A stretch of 63,983 nucleotides of DNA, counting the filler, from an uncultured bacterium (GTDB taxonomy: Bacteria; CAYJRR01), in the NCBI GenBank assembly GCA_964372275.1. It is 3 parts of 3 records of this genome, joined end to end, with 100 filler letters (N's around TTAATTAATTAA, not from the genome) between each part and the next. Parts side by side here need not be neighbours in the genome. Positions count along the whole stretch, not along the records: positions 25,799 to 51,422 come from CAYJRR010000068.1; positions 51,523 to 63,983 come from CAYJRR010000131.1; 1 more part is not named here. One strand, given 5' to 3'. The notes under the pieces are model-generated. The model saw only the letters and a program-made list of their open reading frames with translations. It had not been told where the DNA came from and did not search any database. Of the stretch, positions 48,700 to 57,321 are shown piece by piece (within the stretch, counting starts at the first letter, position 1; each line of letters begins with the position of its first letter). Position numbers and translations under genes: made by a program.

Positions 48700-49404
48700 T
48701 CAGAACCCCTTCGACAGTCCGATCGTCGGAGCCACGATGTGGTGGGGGATGTTCCCATCGCCGCCGGCGTGGATCTCCCGCTTGTAGAGACCGATCTCCG
48801 GGATCACGTCGATCCCGCCGAGCCGGATCCGGTAACCGATCTGCCCGCCCCAGACGTGGGCGTAGAAGTTCGAATCGATGGTCTCCTCCCCCGTCGCCTC
48901 GTTCGTGGAGTTCCCGCCCAAGTAGAGGAACCGCGGCGCGACGAAGAGCTCGTTCTCACCCGTCTTGAGGCCGAAGATCACGGTTGCGTCCGCGCCGGTC
49001 ACGCTGGTGACGGCCGTCTCTTCGGTGCCGTCGTCGTATTCGTCGTTGCTGCGGTAGCCGCCGGCGAGCAACCCGGGCGAAACCGCGACCGCGAAGGAAC
49101 CGGCATCGTACAGCAGGTACTTGGCATCGACCCGCGCCCCACCCGTGTACACCTGCAGGCCGGCGTCGATCCGATCGCCGAATCCGTGACGAACCATTCC
49201 CGACGGCTCACCGACGCGGCGCAAGCTTTGATCCTCGAAAAACCCGCGACCCTTCTCCTGATAGACGGAGGTGGACGCGCTGACGACGGTCTTTCCGGCG
49301 CCGACCGGGCGCGCCCCCTGCTGCAGCGCGACCGGAACGCAGGCGAACATCGATACGGTGATGCCGAACAGGACGATCGACCTCACGAGATCCCCCCTTT
49401 TCAT
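48700..49404 (-). CDS. Lipidated outer-membrane beta-barrel-like protein (paralog 1)
   Basis: Lipobox MFAC; QGAR...GKTVV, VRHG; terminal Phe. Confidence 0.7.
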   Translation of the reverse strand: MKRGDLVRSIVLFGITVSMFACVPVALQQGARPVGAGKTVVSASTSVYQEKGRGFFEDQSLRRVGEPSGMVRHGFGDRIDAGLQVYTGGARVDAKYLLYDAGSFAVAVSPGLLAGGYRSNDEYDDGTEETAVTSVTGADATVIFGLKTGENELFVAPRFLYLGGNSTNEATGEETIDSNFYAHVWGGQIGYRIRLGGIDVIPEIGLYKREIHAGGDGNIPHHIVAPTIGLSKGF

Positions 49405-50087
49405 CAGAAGCCCACCGAGATGCCGACACTGGGGAAGACGAGCATCGACGTTTCGGCCTCCTCCCCGTCGTCCTTGTCCGTGACCTGGTACACCGCCAAC
49501 TCGGGCGTGATCGCGACGCCCCCGCGTCGGATCGTCACGCCGACGACACCGCCCAGGGCTTGCTGGGTGCTCTTCGTCGTGTCCGAGCCGAATTCGGGAT
49601 CTTCATCCTTGCTGGTCGTCGATCCGAACAGACCGCGTGCGCCGACGTTGAGATCGAGGGAGCCCAGGCCGAACGTCGCCAGCAGGGCGGCGTCTCCGCC
49701 GAATCCCGACACGGTCGACTCCGATTCGTCGATGTTGGAGTTGCTCGAATGACCGCCCGAGACGCCGACGTTGGCGGCGATGGCGATGGCCTCGCTTCGA
49801 ACGATGCCGAGCGTTCCATCGGCACGAAGGCCACTCGGAAAGACCCCGACTCCCGCTTCGAGCGTGTCGGAGATGCCGTGGCGAACCGACACCTGGGGAA
49901 CGGGCCACATGTTCAAGGAGCTTTCGACTCCATCCTCGTCGGAAGAGGCGCTGTGGTAGCCGGCCGACATCCCGACCACCGTCTTCCCTGCATCGAGCGT
50001 CCGCCCCCCCCGTTGCACCGCCATCGGACCACAGCCGGCCGCCACCGCCGCGGTGCCGACGGCGAGAAACCAGGATCCTCGTTTCAT
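49404..50087 (-). CDS. Lipidated outer-membrane beta-barrel-like protein (paralog 2)
   Basis: Lipobox AAGC; QRGGR...GKTVV, VRHG; ends ISVGF. Confidence 0.72.
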   Translation of the reverse strand: MKRGSWFLAVGTAAVAAGCGPMAVQRGGRTLDAGKTVVGMSAGYHSASSDEDGVESSLNMWPVPQVSVRHGISDTLEAGVGVFPSGLRADGTLGIVRSEAIAIAANVGVSGGHSSNSNIDESESTVSGFGGDAALLATFGLGSLDLNVGARGLFGSTTSKDEDPEFGSDTTKSTQQALGGVVGVTIRRGGVAITPELAVYQVTDKDDGEEAETSMLVFPSVGISVGF

Positions 50088-50157
50088 GATGACCCCCCTC
50101 CGGACCAACCCTACCACCGAACGGCCGTCGCACGAGGCCGTGTTTCCGCCCGAACGG

Positions 50158-51141
50158 TCAAGGTTTCCGCGCGACGAGGTACGTCCAGTAACCGCGGAAC
50201 TCGTCGGTGTCCGGAAAGAGGCGGGTGAGTCCGTCGCGGATCAGCCGGAGCCGGTCGGCCACCGCCGCCTCGCTCGGAGGCGTGCCGTCCACCTTCGACG
50301 CGCCGCCGACCCAGGGCAGGATCCCCTCGTGGTAGACGCTCAGGAAGCGGAACCAGTCGTCGATCTTCGCCGGGATCTCCTCGCCGAGCACCGTCTCGAC
50401 CCGCAAGCCGGAGCGTTCCGCGGCGCGAAGGTAGGTCTCCAGCGGCCGCACCTCGGGGAAGTACTTCCGGAACAGGCCGTCGTAGGCCGCCCGCCGCGCA
50501 GGATCGGCAAGCGCTCCGCGGTGGGCGGACAGGAGCGGGTCGCGCCCGACCGCGTCGGCGGCGAGCCGTCGAATCTCGAGGATCGTCTCGTCGATGATCC
50601 ACGCTCCGGCCGGCTTGTCCGGGTTGCGGATGTTGCCCGACTGCACGAACAGGCGGCCGCCGGGGCGGAGCGCCCGGGCCCACGAGTCGAACGCACCGTC
50701 CAGATCGTCGTAGAGATGGATCGCATTGGTGGAGACGATCGCGTCGGCGGAAAGATCGGGCAGCACCTCGCCCAGGGTTTCGAGTCGCCGCTCCGCGGGC
50801 CGGTACCGCAGCAGCCGGAACGCCACCGGTTCGCACTCGCGGAAGCGCTCCAGGGCGAGCCGGAGGAACTTGGGCGAGGAGTCGGCGATCACGACCCGGA
50901 GCGTCGCGCCGAGCGCCGTCTCCAGCAGCCGCCCGGTGAAGATCCCGGTGCCACCCGAGTAGTCGACGAGCGTGCCGCCCGGCGTGACGAGTCGCTGGAC
51001 CTGCTCCAGCGTCCGATCGAGGTTCCGGTACCACCCGTGCCGCTTCACCTCGTCGTACGACGTCGCGAGCGGATCGGGTGGATCGCGGATCCACTCCTGG
51101 TCCGGCACCCGGTCGAACCCCTCGGGCCAGCGCGGCTCCAT
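50158..51141 (-). CDS. Class I SAM-dependent methyltransferase
   Basis: LVDYSGGTG, IAD, DAIVSTNAIHL, LRPGGRL. Confidence 0.88.
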   Translation of the reverse strand: MEPRWPEGFDRVPDQEWIRDPPDPLATSYDEVKRHGWYRNLDRTLEQVQRLVTPGGTLVDYSGGTGIFTGRLLETALGATLRVVIADSSPKFLRLALERFRECEPVAFRLLRYRPAERRLETLGEVLPDLSADAIVSTNAIHLYDDLDGAFDSWARALRPGGRLFVQSGNIRNPDKPAGAWIIDETILEIRRLAADAVGRDPLLSAHRGALADPARRAAYDGLFRKYFPEVRPLETYLRAAERSGLRVETVLGEEIPAKIDDWFRFLSVYHEGILPWVGGASKVDGTPPSEAAVADRLRLIRDGLTRLFPDTDEFRGYWTYLVARKP

Positions 51142-51245
51142 CCGTCTCGATCATAGATGAATGGAGCCGGATCGTGACGGGGGCGGAGATCGTGGGCTGC
51201 CATCGCCCAGTACGGGTCCTAGCGGGGACGACCTTGCGAAACGGC

Positions 51246-51422
51246 ATGCGATCCATCCATCCCGGCGAGATTCTTCGCGAGGAGTTCCTCGTCCCTCTCG
51301 GGCTCAGCGCCCGCCAATTGGCGACTCGCCTTCGCGTGCCCACCAATCGCATCACGGGAGTTCTCAACGGTACGCGTTCGGTGACTGCCGACACCGCGCT
51401 CCGGACTACCCCCGAGTTCTTG
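51246..51422 (+). pseudogene. higA: HigA-family antitoxin (internal deletion, truncated at scaffold end)
   Basis: IHPGEILREEFLVPLGLS...NRIT...TADTALR|TTPEF lacks the usual LARxFG. Confidence 0.8.
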
Positions 51423-51522
51423 NNNNNNNNNNNNNNNNNNNNNNNNNNNNNNNNNNNNNNNNNNNNTTAATTAATTAANNNNNNNNNNNNNNNNNNNNNN
51501 NNNNNNNNNNNNNNNNNNNNNN
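51423..51522. other. Artificial scaffold linker
   Basis: N44-TTAATTAATTAA-N44. Confidence 0.97.
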
Positions 51523-51577
51523 CGATCGTGCCGATGTTGACGTGGGGCTTCGTGCGCTGGAACTTTTCCTTGGCCAT
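51523..51577 (-). CDS. tuf: Elongation factor Tu, N-terminal fragment
   Basis: MAKEKFQRTKPHVNIGTI directly after the tRNA cluster. Confidence 0.96.
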
Positions 51578-51622
51578 CTTCTCTCCGTCCTCGCGGCGGT
51601 TACGTTTCGACGCTTCCGGTGG

Positions 51623-51698
51623 TGGAGCCCATGAGCGGGATTGAACCGCTGACCTCGTCCTTACCAAGGACGTGCTCTACCAACTGAGCTACATGGGC
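51623..51698 (-). tRNA. tRNA-Thr(GGT)
   Basis: Cloverleaf; anticodon arm GTCCT-TGGTAA-GGAC; encoded CCA. Confidence 0.96.
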
Positions 51699-51751
51699 GG
51701 CGACTTTGAACGACTCGTTTCCTCCTGCCTGCCTGTACCGTGCTCGATCGC

Positions 51752-51826
51752 TGGAGCGGGAGACGGGATTCGAACCCGCGACATCCTGCTTGGAAGGCAG
51801 GAGCTCTACCACTGAGCTACTCCCGC
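51752..51826 (-). tRNA. tRNA-Gly(TCC)
   Basis: GCGGGAG acceptor; CTGCCTTCCAAGCAG; GGTTCGAA; encoded CCA. Confidence 0.96.
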
Positions 51827-51835
51827 GTGGGTTCG

Positions 51836-51920
51836 GGTGGAGGCGGATGGATTCGAACCACCGTAGGCGCTAGCCAACAGATTTACAGTCTGCCCCCTTT
51901 AGCCACTCGGGCACGCCTCC
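51836..51920 (-). tRNA. tRNA-Tyr(GTA)
   Basis: CAGACTGTAAATCTG, long variable arm; 3' end encodes CC but not the terminal A. Confidence 0.96.
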
Positions 51921-51997
51921 TCGAAGAAGGTACGAGTCCAACGAAAGTGACGGCGCCGCGCGCTCGGTTCGACGTGTCAGGAAGGCGCGTCGCGAAC

Positions 51998-52072
51998 GGA
52001 GCTGACGGCGGGAGTCGAACCCGCAACCTCCGGATTACAAATCCGATGCGCTACCAGTTGCGCCACGTCAGC
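51998..52072 (-). tRNA. tRNA-Thr(TGT)
   Basis: GCTGACG acceptor; CGGATTTGTAATCCG; 3' end encodes CC but not the terminal A. Confidence 0.95.
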
Positions 52073-52184
52073 GAGAACCCCCTCGTCCCCGCGATCGATC
52101 ACGATGTCAAAAAACCTTCCTTTTCGAACGTTTGCGGACGCCCGAACAGACGACCCCCCGTGGAGGTCGCCCAAGAAAGCGGCA

Positions 52185-52213
52185 TCAGTACACGGTGTTT
52201 TTCAGGGCGTCAA
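52185..52213 (-). promoter_or_regulatory. Probable promoter of the tRNA-tuf operon
   Basis: TTGACG-N17-TACTGA followed by a GC-rich discriminator. Confidence 0.55.
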
Positions 52214-52251
52214 GGCCAATTTTCCGGCGACTTTCGAGACCGGGCGCGGAC

Positions 52252-53217
52252 TTACGAGCGCCGTCCGGAATCGTTCCGGAGCACCTGGTACACCGCCGCC
52301 GCGCAGGCGGCGGAGGCGTTCAGGGAGCCGATCCGGCCCGCCATCGGCAGCCGAACGCGCAGATCGCACGCGCCACGGACGCGCGGACGCAACCCTCGCC
52401 CCTCGGCGCCGACGACGAGCACCAGATCGAGGTCGAGGTCGACATCGTAGATGACGAGCGCGTCGGCCTCGCCGTCGAGACCGACGATCCAGTACCCACG
52501 CTCCTTGAGATGGAGCAGGCTGTCGGCGAGGTTCGTCGGCCGCGCAATGCGCAGATGCTCCGTCGCCCCCGCCGAAGCCTTGACCGCCGCCGCCGTCACC
52601 GCCGCCGCGCGGTGTTCCTGGATCAACATGCCGCGGAAGCCGGCGACTTCGGCGGTGCGCGCCATGGCTCCGAGATTGCGCGGATCCTCGATCCCGTCGA
52701 GCGCGAGCAGGCGCCGGCGCCGGCCGATCGCCACGGCGTCGGTCGCCGGACTGCCGGCCGACTCCGTGCTCGCCGGAGAGCCGGCGATCTCGTCGACGGA
52801 GTAGTAGCGATACGGCGTCACCACCAATGCGAGACCCTGGGCCGACGCCTCGGCGTCGGCGCTCTGCGAAGAGAGGACGGCGATGAGCTCGTCGCGCTCG
52901 ACCGGCACGATCTCGACACCGCGCGCGGCGCACAGCGCCGTGACCTCCTTCGTCTCCGGCGAGGCTTCGCGGCGCGCGAGGAGGAGCTTGCGCGCCTTGC
53001 GCCGCCCGGCGCGCAGCGCTTCGCGCACCGGGTTCACGCCGTAGAGCACGTCGAACGGCGCCGGCACGCGCGCGAGAATTCGGCCTGCGATCGCCTCGCG
53101 GTCGGCGGACGGCGCACGAGGCGGCGCTGCGTCACGAACGGTGGCGGTATCGCGCGACCGGCCACGTGGGACGTGCGGCCGTCCCCCGTAGAATGGATGG
53201 TTCTTCCGAGGGGGCAC
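52252..53217 (-). CDS. rlmB: 23S rRNA Gm2251 methyltransferase (TrmH/SpoU family)
   Basis: LYGVNPVREAL, LDGIEDPRNLGA, GAEGRGL, GSLNAS; start uncertain. Confidence 0.9.
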   Translation of the reverse strand: MPPRKNHPFYGGRPHVPRGRSRDTATVRDAAPPRAPSADREAIAGRILARVPAPFDVLYGVNPVREALRAGRRKARKLLLARREASPETKEVTALCAARGVEIVPVERDELIAVLSSQSADAEASAQGLALVVTPYRYYSVDEIAGSPASTESAGSPATDAVAIGRRRRLLALDGIEDPRNLGAMARTAEVAGFRGMLIQEHRAAAVTAAAVKASAGATEHLRIARPTNLADSLLHLKERGYWIVGLDGEADALVIYDVDLDLDLVLVVGAEGRGLRPRVRGACDLRVRLPMAGRIGSLNASAACAAAVYQVLRNDSGRRS

Positions 53218-53218
53218 G

Positions 53219-53953
53219 CTACGCGGCGCCCTGATTCGACACGGCGTTCTCCATCTCCGCGACGATCGCGTCGGCGGCCTTCGCCGGGTCGGCGGCATCG
53301 CGGATCGGCCGGCCGACGACGAGGAAATCGGCCCCCGCTTCGAGCGCCGCCGCCGGCGTATCGCTGCGCGCCTGGTCGAACGTCTCGTGACCGGCGGGAC
53401 GGATCCCGGGGGTGACGATGGCGAAACTCTTCGAGGTGGCCGCGCGGATCGCCTGCGCCTCGCGGGGACTGGCCACCACGCCGTGGCACCCCGCTCGGTC
53501 GGCCAGCAGCGCCAACCGCTCGCAGGCCACGCGCGACGGCCCTTCGAGGCCGATGTCGCGCAGGTCGTGGTCCTCGAGCGAGGTGAGCACCGTCACCGCA
53601 AGGATCTTCGCCGCCTCGCGTCCCGTCCCCGCCCCTTCGCGGGCGCCGCGGCACGCCGCCTCGAGCATGCGGCGTGAGCCCGCGGCGTGGACCGAGAGGA
53701 AGCGCACCCCGATCTGCGAGGCCACCAGCGACGTGCGCTCCACCGTCGTCGGGATGTCGTGCAGCTTCAGGTCGAGGAAGACCCCGCCCCCCAGCGCGGT
53801 GATCGCGCGGACGACCGCCGGTCCCTCGGAAACGAACAGCTCCAACCCGATCTTGAACAGACCGACGTGCCCGACGAGTCTCTTCGCGAGATCTTCGGCG
53901 TCGTGCCGGCTGTGGACGTCGAGGGCGAAGATCAGTCGATCGCGCGCGTTCAT
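53219..53953 (-). CDS. pyrF: Orotidine-5'-phosphate decarboxylase
   Basis: LIFALD, FKIGLE, DLKLHDIPTT, AVTVLTS, VTPGIRP, VGRPI. Confidence 0.97.
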   Translation of the reverse strand: MNARDRLIFALDVHSRHDAEDLAKRLVGHVGLFKIGLELFVSEGPAVVRAITALGGGVFLDLKLHDIPTTVERTSLVASQIGVRFLSVHAAGSRRMLEAACRGAREGAGTGREAAKILAVTVLTSLEDHDLRDIGLEGPSRVACERLALLADRAGCHGVVASPREAQAIRAATSKSFAIVTPGIRPAGHETFDQARSDTPAAALEAGADFLVVGRPIRDAADPAKAADAIVAEMENAVSNQGAA

Positions 53954-54011
53954 CGCGTCCACATCATATACGCAGTTCGGGCGAGCCGACGACCCCATCG
54001 GCCGGTCCGAT

Positions 54012-55178
54012 CTAGGGCCGTCCGTCGCAGCGTTCCGCCGTGCGGGGCTCGATCCGGCAAAGCGCGCGACGCGCCTCCTCGTGGAGCGGAGCGTGTTCGC
54101 CAAGCGCTAGGTAGCGGCGATACGCGGCGGCCGCGCCACCGGGGTCGCCGAGCCTCTGCTCGCGGAGGCGCGCCAGCTCGAACCACGCGATCTCCGCCGC
54201 GCCGCTCGCCGGGTGGATTCGGATCAGCTGCTCCAGCGCCTCCGCCGCGCGCGCCGGTTCCCCCGACCGGAGCGCCTCCTCGGCACGAGCGTAGAGCGCG
54301 TCGGTCGAGGGCACGCTCGGCTCTGCGGCGGGCGGACGCGCGCTCGGCTTCCCGGTGGCGGAGACTCGAAGCACGGGACCCCCGGCGTCCACGACAAGGT
54401 GTCCCCCGGCCGAGACGAACAGCTCCTTCCCCGCGAGGTCGACGAATCGGATCCGACCTTCCTCGACGCCGATCTCGCGCCGGGCCGATCCGACGTCGAC
54501 GTAAAAGACCGTTCCGGTGACCTCGATCGTCCCGTCGGGGATCGTCACGCGAACCTGCTCGGTGGCGGCCCGTCCGTGCACCTCCACCCGGACGCGGCCC
54601 GTTTCGACACGAAGCTCCTTGAGCGCCTCGAAGTCGTGAACGACGCGGATCCTTGCGGCCGGATCCAGCAGCGCGGTCGTGGATCGGCCGAGCCGAACAC
54701 CCACCCGACGGTCCGACGGGGATGCGATCTCTCGCCCGTCCCCGAACCGGAACAGCTCTCGCTCCGAGTCGGGCTCGAAGACGATGGTGGCGAGCGCCGG
54801 CGTCGCCGGATCCGGGACACCGGTTCGCGTCGAGATCCGGAGCGCGGCGAGCGAGAGAAAGAGCGCGACCGCCACGACGGCCGCCGCCACGGCGCCCACG
54901 GCCCATCGCCTTCGGCCGGGCTCGGCGGCCATCCTTGCGGCAACGCTCCCGTCCAACGTCGCCCCGACGAGCCGGTCGACGAGGTTCGGCGAGAGGGGCG
55001 GCGGCGCGTCCGCCCGTGCGGTGGAGAGCGCGAGCCGGACCGACTCCGCCTCCTGGGCGCAGGCCGCGCAAAGGGACCGGTGGCGATCGACGCGCTCCAG
55101 CAGTGCCGGATCCGCGCCGGGCCGATGGGCGTCGAACAGGAGACCGTCGTCGAGATGCGCCGTAGGAGTGTCGTTCAT
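54012..55178 (-). CDS. FecR-domain anti-sigma factor with zinc-finger N-terminus and C-terminal TPR
   Basis: H...HxxxCxxC, TM helix, IEVTGTVF.V...VEEG; TPR-like tail. Confidence 0.85.
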   Translation of the reverse strand: MNDTPTAHLDDGLLFDAHRPGADPALLERVDRHRSLCAACAQEAESVRLALSTARADAPPPLSPNLVDRLVGATLDGSVAARMAAEPGRRRWAVGAVAAAVVAVALFLSLAALRISTRTGVPDPATPALATIVFEPDSERELFRFGDGREIASPSDRRVGVRLGRSTTALLDPAARIRVVHDFEALKELRVETGRVRVEVHGRAATEQVRVTIPDGTIEVTGTVFYVDVGSARREIGVEEGRIRFVDLAGKELFVSAGGHLVVDAGGPVLRVSATGKPSARPPAAEPSVPSTDALYARAEEALRSGEPARAAEALEQLIRIHPASGAAEIAWFELARLREQRLGDPGGAAAAYRRYLALGEHAPLHEEARRALCRIEPRTAERCDGRP

Positions 55179-55732
55179 CGTGCGTCCGCCTTGAGGGGCG
55201 CGCGCGGCTGGTCTTTCGACAGTGCCGCGCGGATCTGCGCCCTCGCCTCGTGAAGCCGGCTGTGGAGGGTCCCTTCGGGGACCGCCAGCAGACCGGAGAT
55301 CTCTCGGGCGGTGAAGCCCTCAACGTCGTGAAGAAGGAAGGCCATCCGTCGCTCCGGGGAAAGGCGGGCGACGCATCGCCGAAGGAGCGTCAGTGCGGCG
55401 CGCGCCTCCATCGCCGCCGGTCCTTCGGTCGCCGCGGTGAGATCCGGGAGGGCCTCCAGGGAGACGACGTTTCGACGCGATCGCAGGTGAGCGTACGCGA
55501 CGCGCACCGCAATTCGATGGATCCAGGTTTCGAGCCGGCTCTCCCCTCGAAATCCGGGAAGGCCGCTCGCGACCTCGATCAGCGTTCGCTGGACGAGGTC
55601 CTCCAGCTCCGGGTCCGCACCGAGCAGGCGATGGAGGGCGGCGTGGATCCCCGCGATCTGCTGCCGAAGGAGGAGATCGAGCGCCTTGCGATCGCCCGCC
55701 TGAGCCTTCGCCACGGTCTGGGCGTCGGTCAT
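55175..55732 (-). CDS. ECF RNA polymerase sigma factor
   Basis: EDLVQ, FRGESRLETWIHRIA, LHDVEG...EIS..L..PEGT..SRL. Confidence 0.93.
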   Translation of the reverse strand: MTDAQTVAKAQAGDRKALDLLLRQQIAGIHAALHRLLGADPELEDLVQRTLIEVASGLPGFRGESRLETWIHRIAVRVAYAHLRSRRNVVSLEALPDLTAATEGPAAMEARAALTLLRRCVARLSPERRMAFLLHDVEGFTAREISGLLAVPEGTLHSRLHEARAQIRAALSKDQPRAPLKADAR

Positions 55733-56706
55733 CGGGAGCCGATCCGAACCCCGGCCGCCAGGACCACCCCGGGACGCGGATCGAGGTCGTCGAAGGCGGT
55801 CGGTACCCTGCCGCGGAGTCCGATCCGGACAAAGGCGCCCAGCCGAGAGGAGCCCGGCCGCCAGCCGAGGAAGATCGATCCCGAGCGATCGATGGGCCCC
55901 GACCCGATGGAGGCGATGTCGGCGGAAGCGCCGGCGAACACCGTATCGGCCCCTCCGAGACCGTGCGCCAGCGACGCGCGGAGCACAAGACGGGACCGCG
56001 TCGACCGTGGGCCCGCCCCCTCCCCGCCGGCGTCCTCCTCCTCGTGCGAATGGGTGTTGATGTCCGCCTCCGCATCCGGCTCATCCTCCGCGGTGGGAGC
56101 GACCTCCGCGGAGACCCACGACGCCCCGACGTCCGCGATCATCCGGCGTCGCTTGTGCTCCACCGAGACCCACCACGCCGGCGACCCTCCGCCCCACGGG
56201 CGAATCGAGTACTCCGGCTCGATCCGCGCGCCCCACGCCGCCCGGGGCGCCGCGGCCGCGATCGCGATCGCCCGGATGGCGGCGCGCGGCGCCTCGCGGC
56301 CCGCCGCCATCGCGGGGGGGGTCGCCGCCGAGCTCTCGCGGCTCTGCTCCGCCGCGTCGCCCGCCATCTCCGGCGTCGCGCTCATGCCCCGCGCCACCGC
56401 TTCCATCGCCACCAGCGCCACGACCCGGGCCACGTCGCGCGTCGACAGGCGATCGGCGGACACCCGTCGCCGGACTTCGCCGTTCGGCGCACGTATCGTC
56501 ACTTCGTAGAAGTCGGGACTCCCGTGCCGCGAGACCGAGAGGCGTATCACCCCCGGGTCGTTCCCGACCGACACCTTCGCGCCGCGGTCCTTCAGGGCCT
56601 GAACGAGCACGGCGGGAGGAAGCGCCGACCCCGCCGCGTCGACGGCGATCGGCGGCAGCGAGGGCCCGGCCGCCGAAGCGAGGAGCATGGCCAACGGCGT
56701 CAGCAC
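55729..56706 (-). CDS. Hypothetical secreted protein (possible C-terminal beta-barrel)
   Basis: Signal-like start, ATGA overlap with the sigma gene; start uncertain. Confidence 0.55.
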   Translation of the reverse strand: MLTPLAMLLASAAGPSLPPIAVDAAGSALPPAVLVQALKDRGAKVSVGNDPGVIRLSVSRHGSPDFYEVTIRAPNGEVRRRVSADRLSTRDVARVVALVAMEAVARGMSATPEMAGDAAEQSRESSAATPPAMAAGREAPRAAIRAIAIAAAAPRAAWGARIEPEYSIRPWGGGSPAWWVSVEHKRRRMIADVGASWVSAEVAPTAEDEPDAEADINTHSHEEEDAGGEGAGPRSTRSRLVLRASLAHGLGGADTVFAGASADIASIGSGPIDRSGSIFLGWRPGSSRLGAFVRIGLRGRVPTAFDDLDPRPGVVLAAGVRIGSR

Positions 56707-56749
56707 GGAATCGCCGGAGCTTACCTCAAACGGTGGAAGGGCGACGACT

Positions 56750-57196
56750 CTACGACTCGGCGTTCGCCTGCCCTGCTTCGTCCGGGTCGCAGTCTTCTTC
56801 TCCGTCGCCCTCTTCGTCGTCCTGGTCGCCCGGCCCGTCTTCACCCTCCGGCCCGCCGTGGTCGCACTCGCAGCAGCAGNNNNNNNNNNNNNNNNNNNNN
56901 NNNNNNNNNNNNNNNNNNNNNNNNNNNNNNNNNNNNNNNNNNNNNNNNTCCTGCCCGGTGTTCGCGTCGTCGTCCCCGGCCTCGCCTTCCCCCTCCGTTT
57001 CGGACTCGACCGTCGGTCCGTCCTCTTCGTCCCCGTCACCATGGTCACAGTCGTCGCAACTCCCGCCGCCACAGTCGTCGTCGGAGCCCAGACCCCCCGT
57101 GCTCTCGCCGGCGACCTCGATCGGGGAATCACACCCTCCGATCGCGACGGCCGAGATCGTCATCCATGCCAACGCCGCAAGATTCGCCACCTTCAT
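56750..57196 (-). CDS. Acidic Cys/His-rich lipoprotein (spans N gap 56880-56948)
   Basis: GGAGG SD; lipobox IGGC; CDDCDHG and CCCECDHG motifs. Confidence 0.7.
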   Translation of the reverse strand: MKVANLAALAWMTISAVAIGGCDSPIEVAGESTGGLGSDDDCGGGSCDDCDHGDGDEEDGPTVESETEGEGEAGDDDANTGQXXXXXXXXXXXXXXXXXXXXXXXXCCCECDHGGPEGEDGPGDQDDEEGDGEEDCDPDEAGQANAES

Positions 57197-57321
57197 CCAA
57201 CGCCTCCTCCGGGTCCTTCGAACCGGTCCCGTGACGATTAGTGGGGCGAAGGCGGGAGATCCTTGGACTTCTTTTTCGTCACGGGCTGCGTCGGACGAGT
57301 CGCGGTCGGATGCGCGCGACG

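Noticed and set aside
51623..52072. tRNA cluster as a prophage or island attachment site
   Set aside because: Canonical Thr-Tyr-Gly-Thr-tuf operon; no integrase or duplicated tRNA 3' end seen.
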